Part shown: positions 53,202-64,000 of the stretch, piece by piece
Position numbering within the stretch: the stretch's first letter is position 1
Layout of the letters: each line of letters begins with the position of its first letter
Source of the DNA: Stellaceae bacterium
Lineage (GTDB): Bacteria > Pseudomonadota > Alphaproteobacteria > ATCC43930 > CGMCC-115725
Direction of reading: 5' to 3'
Assembly: GCA_050729795.1 (NCBI GenBank)
Contig: JBOHME010000003.1
Coordinates: 19,846 to 83,845, forward strand
Length of the DNA stretch: 64,000 nucleotides
Program-made: the position numbers and the translations under genes
The notes under the pieces: model-generated
What the model saw: only the letters and a program-made list of their open reading frames with translations
Told to the model about the DNA's origin: nothing
The model's database searches: none

Positions 53202-53549
53202 CGCGCCGAGAAAGTAAGCGTTCACTTACCAGTGGTCAAGAGTAGCCACCGTGCCGTGCGCAGCTGCCGATGTGAGAAAATCGCACCAACACCGTGGTCC
53301 AGGGCGAGCCGCGCGGGGCAGCAACGCGCTGCCGGGGCCCGGCCGGGCGGGCGCCATCCGCTATGATCCCAGGCGCACGATCCGGAAGCCTCCGCTACAG
53401 CCGGCCCGATCGGAAGAGCGTGAGCCCGGACAGGGGGCGCGCGTGTCTCTACGAAAGATCGACTTCTTCGGGTCAACAAGCTTGACCCGCCGACCGCGGC
53501 AACCTACCTCGCACACCCTACGAAGGCATTCAAAAACAGGCCCAACGCG

Positions 53550-55232
<1,683 letters not shown>

Positions 55233-55300
55233 TCGCCGCGCAGGTAATCTTGGCGCCGGCCTTTCAGCCTGCCGGCCTTTCAGCCTGCCGCCCTTGCAGC

Positions 55301-55921
55301 CTAGTGCAAGCCGGCGCTTTCGATCTTTTGCCGCAGTGCCGTGATCAGCCCTTCGACTTGCCCGCCATGGCGCTGGATCACCGAGGCGAATTCGGAACGC
55401 TGGGTTACCGCCATGCTGACCCCTTCGACAATCACGTCGTTGATCCTGTAGGTGCCGGCGTGGGGCGTCAGCAGCCAGTCAATCTTGGCCGGCGGCGCCC
55501 CGTTCGGGCGCACGATCTCGCTCGATACCAGCGACCCGTTCGGCGCCGCGCGGCTGCCGGTCACCTTCAGGCGCTCGCCACTGTATTCGGCGAGCCGGTT
55601 GCTGTAGGCGAGCGCGATGTAATCGGTGAACAGCCGGATGAATTCCTGCTGCTGTTGCGGCGTAGCGACATTCCAGTAGCGGCCGAGGACGAAGCGCGCG
55701 ATCCCCGGCACGTCGAAATCGGTGCTGAACAGCTGGCGGAACCGGGCGACGCGGGTGTTGGGATCAACGTTCTTGCCCAGCACCTCGAGCGCCTGGTTGC
55801 CGAGATCGGTGATCACCGCGGCCGGGTCCGCAGCCGCGACAGCCGGTCGCGACGGCATCGCGAGGCTGAGACCGCAAACAAGGCAGCAGCAGACCGCAAT
55901 CAGAACACAGCGTCTCGTCAT
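55301..55921 (-). CDS. mlaC: MlaC/Ttg2D-family phospholipid-binding periplasmic protein
   Basis: Signal peptide, plus FDVPGIARFVLGRYW and INDVIVEGVSMAVTQRSEF. Confidence 0.85.
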   Translation of the reverse strand: MTRRCVLIAVCCCLVCGLSLAMPSRPAVAAADPAAVITDLGNQALEVLGKNVDPNTRVARFRQLFSTDFDVPGIARFVLGRYWNVATPQQQQEFIRLFTDYIALAYSNRLAEYSGERLKVTGSRAAPNGSLVSSEIVRPNGAPPAKIDWLLTPHAGTYRINDVIVEGVSMAVTQRSEFASVIQRHGGQVEGLITALRQKIESAGLH

Positions 55922-56832
55922 CAGCGGGGGTCCCCCGAAGGATTTTGCATGGCAGCGGCGATCGTCGGAGCCGCCGGCGCGGGCCGGCCAATTTCGCTGA
56001 AGCCCGCCGGCGGCGGCAGGTTCTTATGCTCGCCGCGGATCAATGCCGCGCGTCTCTGCCGATAGAGCGAGCGGATCGTCGCATAATAGTCGAGCGAGGT
56101 GCGCTCGATATCGGCCAGCGTGTCGAGATATCGCGCCCGCTGGTCGACCCCCGAGACCCCGCCGCGCACAAACGGGATCCAATAGAGGGTCCAGGGATGG
56201 CCGGTGACGAGCAGGTTCCACGGATCGCCAAACCCCTCCGCGGCCTGACCGCCGAGATCGCGCGGATCGGACGGGCCGAGGATCGGCACGACCAGATAGG
56301 GACCGGCCGGCACCCCCCAAACACCGAGCGTCACCCCCAGATCCTGCTCGTGATAGGGGATGCCCCAGCGCCCGGCGACATCGACGATCCCGGCCATGCC
56401 GATCGTCGAATCGAGGACAAAGCGTACAGCCGTGTCTTTGGCGCGCCCGAAATCGCCTTGCAGCGTGTCGTTGGCGAAGATCAGCGGCGCCGCCAGATTG
56501 TTCAGAAAGTCGCGCAGCGAGTTGCGCACCGGCTGCGCCAGCGATGCGCGATAGGCCTTCGCGACCGGCACCAGGACGGCGCGGTCGATGGCCTGATTAA
56601 AGGCGAAAATCTTGCGATTGGTGTTCTCGAACGGGTCGTGAAAATCCTCCCCCGCGATCGCCGATGGCGACGACGCGGGCGGCTGTGTGGCACATCCCGA
56701 AGCGATCGCCGCGAAGATCGCCATCAGCCCGGCGCAGCCGAGCCGTCGCCGCCGGTCGCGGCGCCCGGATCGACCGCGCGGGCCAGCCGAGCCGAGGGTC
56801 GGAGCAGAAGGGTTCATCGAACAGACTGGCAT
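55921..56832 (-). CDS. mlaA: MlaA/VacJ-family lipoprotein
   Basis: Lipobox AAIASGC, plus DPFENTNRKIFAFN and GPYLVVPILGPSDPRD. The start could be a few codons downstream. The stop abuts the mlaC start. Confidence 0.88.
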   Translation of the reverse strand: MPVCSMNPSAPTLGSAGPRGRSGRRDRRRRLGCAGLMAIFAAIASGCATQPPASSPSAIAGEDFHDPFENTNRKIFAFNQAIDRAVLVPVAKAYRASLAQPVRNSLRDFLNNLAAPLIFANDTLQGDFGRAKDTAVRFVLDSTIGMAGIVDVAGRWGIPYHEQDLGVTLGVWGVPAGPYLVVPILGPSDPRDLGGQAAEGFGDPWNLLVTGHPWTLYWIPFVRGGVSGVDQRARYLDTLADIERTSLDYYATIRSLYRQRRAALIRGEHKNLPPPAGFSEIGRPAPAAPTIAAAMQNPSGDPR

Positions 56833-56969
56833 CGTGCGGCTCTATCTCCTCGGGCGTGCAATGTTTGCGGGAAATCCGCGGATGCGGCAAGGGGTTGCGG
56901 ACACGAGCGCGCGGCGCCGGGTGAGTGGCGTTGGGCAAGCCGCGGGGAACGGGGCAAAATTGCTTGCGG

Positions 56970-56992
56970 ACATATAGATATCTGCATATGTT
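56970..56992 (+). promoter_or_regulatory. AT-rich near-palindrome upstream of the ArsR-methyltransferase gene
   Basis: ACATAT-AGATATCT-GC-ATATGT. The inner AGATATCT is a perfect palindrome. It lies about 30 nt before the start codon, in an otherwise GC-rich context. Confidence 0.3.
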
Positions 56993-57024
56993 GCTGTCCT
57001 CAAACGAGCGAGGACCGGATCGTG

Positions 57025-58967
<1,943 letters not shown>

Positions 58968-58970
58968 GAG

Positions 58971-61900
58971 ATGGCGCATTTTCTGGACTATCTCGCCGAC
59001 CGAGTCGTGTTGTGCGACGGCGCGATGGGGACCCAGGTGCAGGCGCGCAACCTCGATATCGCGCGCGATTTTCTTGGCCATGAGAATTGCACCGAGATCG
59101 TCTGCGAGAGCCGCCCCGACCTGATCCGCGAGATCCATCGCGGCTATCTCGCGGCCGGCTGCGATGCGATCCAGACCAACAGCTTTGGCGGGTCGCCGAT
59201 CACCTTGGGCGAGTTCGGGCTCGCCGATCAGGCCTTTGCGCTGAACCGGCTGTCTGCCGAGCTCGCGCGCGAAACTGTGGCCGAGTTCGCGCATGACGGG
59301 CGCACGCGGTTTGTGCTCGGCTCGGTTGGGCCGGGCACCCGCCTGCCCTCGCTCGGCCATATCGGCTACCAGGAGCTCGAAGACGCGCTCGCCGTGCAAT
59401 GCGCCGGGCTCCTCGCCGGCGAGGTCGATGCGATCATCATCGAGACCTGCCAGGACCCGCTGCAGATCAAGGCCGCGGTCAACGGTGCCAAACGCGCCCG
59501 CGAGGAGGCGCGCAAGGACATCCCGATCCTGGTCCAGGTCACGGTCGAGACCACCGGCACATTGCTGGTCGGCGCCGACATCGCCGCCGCCGCAACGATC
59601 ATCGAAGCGCTCGACGTGGCGATGATCGGGCTGAATTGCGCGACCGGTCCGCGCGAGATGGCCGAGCACGTCAAATGGCTCGGCGAGAACTGGCCGGGAC
59701 TGATCTCGGTTCAGCCCAATGCCGGTCTGCCGGAGCTGGTCGCTGGGCGCGCCCAATACCCGCTTGGTGCGGCAGAACTGGCGCAGTGGCTCGAACGCTT
59801 TGTCGTCGAGGACGGGGTCAACATGGTGGGCGGCTGTTGCGGCACCGACGTGCCGCATATCGCAGCGCTCGACGCAATGCTGCGCCGCCTCGGCCAAGAC
59901 CGGCCACGGCCCGCCCCGCGCACGCGCGGCGCGGTGTGGACCCCCGCTCTCGCCTCGCTCTATGGCCAGGTGGCGCTGCGCCAGGAGAATGCGTGGCTGT
60001 CGATCGGCGAGCGCTGCAACGCCAATGGCTCACGCAAATTCCGCCAGCTCCAGGAGCAGGGCGACTGGGACGGCTGCGTCGAGATGGGCCGCGAGCAGGT
60101 GCGCGAAGGCTCGCACACGCTCGATCTGTGCACCGCGTTTGTCGGCCGCGACGAGGTGGCCGACATGACCCAGGCGGTGACCCGGCTGCGCGGCGCGGTC
60201 AACGCGGCGCTCGTCATCGATTCGACCGAGTACCCGGTGCTCGAAGCCGCACTCCAGCTCTATGGCGGCAAGCCGGTCATCAACTCGATCAATTTCGAGG
60301 ATGGCGAAGACGCCGCCGAGCGGCGCCTGAAGCTCGCCCGCCGGTTTGGCGCCGCGGTCATCGCGCTGACCATCGACGAAACCGGAATGGCGAAGGAAGC
60401 CGCGAACAAGCTCGCGCTCGCCCGCCGGCTCCACGATTTCGCCTGCAATCGGCACGGGCTGAGGCCTTCGGATCTGCTGTTCGATCCGCTGACCTTTACG
60501 ATCTGCACCGGCAACGCCGACGACCGCCGGCTCGGCCTCGAAACCCTGGACGCGATCGAGCAGATTTCCGGCGCGATGCCCGAATGCCAGATCATTCTCG
60601 GCCTTTCCAACATCTCGTTCGGCCTCAACCCTCAGGCGCGACAGATCCTGAACTCGGTGTTTCTCGATCACGCGCTGCGCCGCGGGCTGACCGGGGCGAT
60701 CGTGCATTTCTCGCGTATCGTGCCGCTGCACCGCATCCCGGCGCAGGAGCGCGAGACCGCCGAGGATCTGATCTTCGATCGCCGCCGCGACGGCTACGAC
60801 CCGCTGCACGCCTTTATCGCTCTGTTCGAAAACCGCACCGCAGAACAGCGCGAGAAGCGGGAACGTCCCGAAAAGGTCGAGGACCGGCTCGCCCGGCGCA
60901 TCGTCGACGGCGATCGGCAGGGTCTCGAAGCCGATCTCGACCTGGCGATGCAGAGCTGGAAGCCGCTCGACATCATCAATGAGATTCTGCTCGGCGGCAT
61001 GAAGACGGTCGGCGAATTGTTTGGCGCCGGCAAGATGCAGCTGCCGTTTGTGCTGCTATCGGCCGAGACGATGAAAGCCGCGGTTCGCTTTCTCGAGCCG
61101 CACATGGAGCGCGTCGAGGGCCAGGAGAAAGGCACGGTGGTGCTGGCGACGGTGCGCGGCGACGTGCACGATATCGGCAAGAACCTCGTCGACATCATCC
61201 TCACCAATAACGGCTACCGGGTTGTCAATCTCGGCATCAAGCAGCCGATCGGGGTGATTCTCGAAGCCGCCGCCACGCACAAAGCCGCTGCGGTCGGGAT
61301 GTCCGGGCTGTTGGTCAAATCGACCGTGGTCATGCGCGAAAATCTCGAAGAGATGAGCCGGCAGGGGCTCGATCTGCCGGTCATGCTCGGCGGTGCCGCG
61401 CTGACCCGGCGCTATGTCGAGGAGGATTGCGTCAAAGCCTACGCGGCTGGCCGCGTCGCCTATGCCCGCGATGCGTTCGACGGGCTCGCCCTGATGGACA
61501 AGATCGTCAACGGCGGGTTTGATGCGCATCTCGCGGAGGTCCGGGCAAGAAGCGAGAGCCGCACCGTCAAGCCGTCGCGCAAGCTTGGCCGTGCCGCCGA
61601 TCCGCGGCCGCTGCGACCGCTCGATCTTGACGAGATCCGTCTGCGTCGCGCCGAACTCAGCCAAAACACCCCGGTGCCGGCGCCGCCGTTCTGGGGACCG
61701 CGGACGATCGAGCGGGTCTCGCCGAAAGCGATAGCACCCTACCTCAACGAGCGGATGCTGTACCAGTTCCAGTGGGGTTACCGCAAAGACGGCAAGAGCC
61801 TCGCCGAATACCGCGAATGGGCCAAGGACGAATTGCGGCCGGTGTTGCGGCGCATCCTCGAGATCGCGATCCGCGAAGAGATCCTGGTGCCGCAGGCTGC

Positions 61901-62465
61901 ATACGGTTATTGGCCCTGCGCCGCGGACGGCAATGACGTGGTCCTATTCGACCCCGATCGGGGGCACGAGCTCACCCGCTTTTCGTTTCCACGGCAGAAC
62001 AAGGCAGGCGGGTTGTGCATCGCCGATTTCTTCCGTGATCTGAGCACCGGGGAGCGGGACGTGATCGGGCTGCAGGTCGTGACGATGGGCCGCCGCGCCT
62101 CCGCAACAACGCGCGAATGGTTCGCCCAGAACCGCTATCAGGATTATCTCTATCTGCACGGGCTGACGGTGGAGATGGCCGAAGCGCTGGCCGAATATGT
62201 GCACCAGCGCGTTCGCGGCGAACTCGGTTTCGCCGCCGACGAATCGCGTGACCCGGACGCGATGCTGGCGCAAGGCTATCGCGGCAGCCGCTATTCGTTC
62301 GGCTATCCGGCCTGCCCGAACCTCGCCGACCAGAAGCAGCTGCTCGAATTGCTGCGCGCGCAGGAGATCGAGATAACCCTGTCTGAAGAAGACCAGCTCG
62401 ACCCCGAACAATCGACCTCAGCGATCATCGTCCATCATCCGCAGGCGAAATACTTCTCGGTGTGA
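58971..62465 (+). CDS. metH: cobalamin-dependent methionine synthase
   Basis: Hcy-binding, pterin-binding, B12-binding (GDVHDIGKN, DxHxxG) and AdoMet-activation modules are all present. 1164 aa. Confidence 0.96.
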   Translation: MAHFLDYLADRVVLCDGAMGTQVQARNLDIARDFLGHENCTEIVCESRPDLIREIHRGYLAAGCDAIQTNSFGGSPITLGEFGLADQAFALNRLSAELARETVAEFAHDGRTRFVLGSVGPGTRLPSLGHIGYQELEDALAVQCAGLLAGEVDAIIIETCQDPLQIKAAVNGAKRAREEARKDIPILVQVTVETTGTLLVGADIAAAATIIEALDVAMIGLNCATGPREMAEHVKWLGENWPGLISVQPNAGLPELVAGRAQYPLGAAELAQWLERFVVEDGVNMVGGCCGTDVPHIAALDAMLRRLGQDRPRPAPRTRGAVWTPALASLYGQVALRQENAWLSIGERCNANGSRKFRQLQEQGDWDGCVEMGREQVREGSHTLDLCTAFVGRDEVADMTQAVTRLRGAVNAALVIDSTEYPVLEAALQLYGGKPVINSINFEDGEDAAERRLKLARRFGAAVIALTIDETGMAKEAANKLALARRLHDFACNRHGLRPSDLLFDPLTFTICTGNADDRRLGLETLDAIEQISGAMPECQIILGLSNISFGLNPQARQILNSVFLDHALRRGLTGAIVHFSRIVPLHRIPAQERETAEDLIFDRRRDGYDPLHAFIALFENRTAEQREKRERPEKVEDRLARRIVDGDRQGLEADLDLAMQSWKPLDIINEILLGGMKTVGELFGAGKMQLPFVLLSAETMKAAVRFLEPHMERVEGQEKGTVVLATVRGDVHDIGKNLVDIILTNNGYRVVNLGIKQPIGVILEAAATHKAAAVGMSGLLVKSTVVMRENLEEMSRQGLDLPVMLGGAALTRRYVEEDCVKAYAAGRVAYARDAFDGLALMDKIVNGGFDAHLAEVRARSESRTVKPSRKLGRAADPRPLRPLDLDEIRLRRAELSQNTPVPAPPFWGPRTIERVSPKAIAPYLNERMLYQFQWGYRKDGKSLAEYREWAKDELRPVLRRILEIAIREEILVPQAAYGYWPCAADGNDVVLFDPDRGHELTRFSFPRQNKAGGLCIADFFRDLSTGERDVIGLQVVTMGRRASATTREWFAQNRYQDYLYLHGLTVEMAEALAEYVHQRVRGELGFAADESRDPDAMLAQGYRGSRYSFGYPACPNLADQKQLLELLRAQEIEITLSEEDQLDPEQSTSAIIVHHPQAKYFSV

Positions 62466-62548
62466 GGGCGGGTGGTCGGTGTGAGGGCACTGGCAAACCG
62501 AGACAGAAGAGCGACCGCCGAACAGTACCTCGCCGCGTGCGACATTGC

Positions 62549-63235
62549 TTACCCGCACGGAACACGGCGCGGGCGGCGGCGCGCGCGCAGAAAGCTCGGG
62601 CTGCGCCCGGCGGCTCGGGCCTTCTCCTCGTAGCGGGTCGGCGGCCAGTCGGGCGGCCGCACCCGCCAATCGGCGCTGCGGCGAGCGAGCCATTCGAAGT
62701 CGCCGTGCGCGGTCACCACCGCGAGCATCGTCGCGAAATAGTCGGAATCGTCAGTGGCGAGCCGCAGCTCCGCCCCATCGGTCATGATCCGAGCCAAGCC
62801 GCAGAGGGTTTCGGCAGAGACGATCCGGCGCTTCTTGTGACGTGCTTTTGGCCAGGGATCGGGAAACAGGATGAAGATGCGCGCGATCGAGGCCGGCGCC
62901 AACGCCGCGATCAACAGGCGTGCGTCATCGGTAAACAGGCGCACATTCGCGAGATCACGGCGCGAGATCTCGCCGAGCAGCTTGGCGATGCCGTTTTCAT
63001 AGACCTCGCAGCCGATAAAGCCGACCTGCGGAAAGCCTTCCGCAAACGCTGCCAAATGTTCGCCGCCGCCAAAGCCGATCTCGAGCCAGATGGCGCCCGG
63101 CGCGCCGGTGAACAATGCCGTGGGATCGAGCCCGCCTTCGGCCGGCAGAGTGAAAGCGAGACGCGGCTCCAGCTCGGCAACCGTGTCCCGCTGGCCCGCT
63201 CGCAGGGGCCGGCCGCGCCGACGTCCATAGAGCAC
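62549..63235 (-). CDS. trmB: tRNA (guanine46-N7)-methyltransferase
   Basis: LEIGFGGGEHL and FPDPWPKARHKKRR. Confidence 0.92.
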   Translation of the reverse strand: MLYGRRRGRPLRAGQRDTVAELEPRLAFTLPAEGGLDPTALFTGAPGAIWLEIGFGGGEHLAAFAEGFPQVGFIGCEVYENGIAKLLGEISRRDLANVRLFTDDARLLIAALAPASIARIFILFPDPWPKARHKKRRIVSAETLCGLARIMTDGAELRLATDDSDYFATMLAVVTAHGDFEWLARRSADWRVRPPDWPPTRYEEKARAAGRSPSFLRARRRPRRVPCG

Positions 63236-63288
63236 CGGGCGCCGCAGCTGTGCTGCGGCCGCGCCCCGGTCAAGGTCGGAAGGCAGGG

Positions 63289-64000
63289 TCAGAAGGCGCG
63301 GCGCAGCTCGTCCACGAGCCCGGTGCGCTCCCAGGAAAACACACCGCTCGGCTCGGGCTCGCGGCCAAAATGACCATAGGAGGAGGTCGGCGTATAGATC
63401 GGCCGGTTCAGACCGAGATGGGTGCGGATGCCGCGTGGCGACAAATCCATCAGCTCGTTCAGCACCCGTGCGAGCTTGCCCTCATCGACCGCACCCCCGG
63501 TCGTGACGTAAAACGACAGCGGCTTGGCGACACCGATCGCGTAGGCGACCTGGATCGTGCAATGCTTGGCGAGCCCGGCGGCGACGACATTCTTGGCCAG
63601 ATAGCGGGCGGCATAGGCCGCTGACCGATCGACCTTGGTCGGATCCTTGCCGGAAAAAGCACCGCCGCCATGTGGCGCCCAGCCGCCATAGGTATCGACG
63701 ATGATCTTGCGCCCGGTCACTCCGGCATCGCCGTCGGGTCCGCCGATCACAAACCGGCCGGTCGGATTAACGAGAAAATTCCCCTCTTCGCACATCCAGC
63801 CGTCGGGCAGCGAGCCGACCACATAAGGCCGGATGAGCTCGCGGACCTGGCGGTCGTCGATCTGGTCGGAATGCTGGATCGAGACGACGAGCTTGGCGAC
63901 CTGCACCGGTTTGTCATCGGCATATTGCAATGTCACCTGGCTCTTCGAATCGGGCCCCAGTTGCGGCGTCAAACCGGCATGGCGGGCCTCGGACAATGCC
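63289..64000 (-). CDS. metK: S-adenosylmethionine synthase (C-terminal part; the gene runs off the window)
   Basis: [21 protein letters not shown] and [23 protein letters not shown]. The listed M at 63996 is internal. Confidence 0.93.
   Translation of the reverse strand, partial: ALSEARHAGLTPQLGPDSKSQVTLQYADDKPVQVAKLVVSIQHSDQIDDRQVRELIRPYVVGSLPDGWMCEEGNFLVNPTGRFVIGGPDGDAGVTGRKIIVDTYGGWAPHGGGAFSGKDPTKVDRSAAYAARYLAKNVVAAGLAKHCTIQVAYAIGVAKPLSFYVTTGGAVDEGKLARVLNELMDLSPRGIRTHLGLNRPIYTPTSSYGHFGREPEPSGVFSWERTGLVDELRRAF

Noticed and set aside
55945-57021. Upstream two-thirds of the 695-aa ORF 55945..58032
   Set aside because: This part is antisense to mlaA and reads as Arg/Gly-rich noise. Recognisable ArsR HTH sequence only begins at MDDLLAAL (57025).

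Overview
High-GC alphaproteobacterial chromosome segment, probably Rhizobiales/Hyphomicrobiales-like. That guess rests on gene content and on a trxB-LysR-sRNA arrangement. The window is almost entirely core housekeeping genes: nadE, nrdJ (class II RNR), cspA, smpB, dapA, slt, trxB, nhaA, greA, carAB, dnaG-rpoD, ettA, mlaD and mlaA/mlaC. It also holds an ArsR-methyltransferase/metF/metH operon, trmB, metK (truncated at the window end), a TetR-MFP-RND efflux operon, a cupredoxin-FTR1 iron uptake pair and one tRNA(CAT).

All protein calls come from motifs I recognise in the supplied translations. No database search was run. Many long ORFs in the track are antisense or alternate-frame artefacts of the high G+C content and were discarded.

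The one clearly foreign stretch is a ~1.7 kb AT-richer islet at about 10.48-12.2 kb, wedged between nrdJ and the csp region. Sampled 60-nt lines give about 43-45% G+C inside the islet and above 60% outside. It carries a short DprA-like (SLOG/Rossmann) gene. That gene is ATGA-coupled to a ComF-like phosphoribosyltransferase gene with an unrecognised N-terminal domain. This is the architecture of DprA-PRTase nucleotide-centred conflict / anti-phage modules. Here the PRTase gene is split by a 1-nt frameshift and lacks a canonical start. This islet is the best candidate for an accessory system.

Other points worth a second look:
- a terminator-bounded, hairpin-rich candidate sRNA (AbcR-like) next to the LysR/trxB pair;
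- a translationally coupled ELM1-like / double-PAP2 / 642-aa unknown-protein operon;
- an in-frame 15-bp VNTR forming the C-terminal tail of the TetR repressor and overlapping the efflux operon start;
- several short tandem repeats sharing a CGATG..GGGC-like core;
- a few operator-like palindromes.
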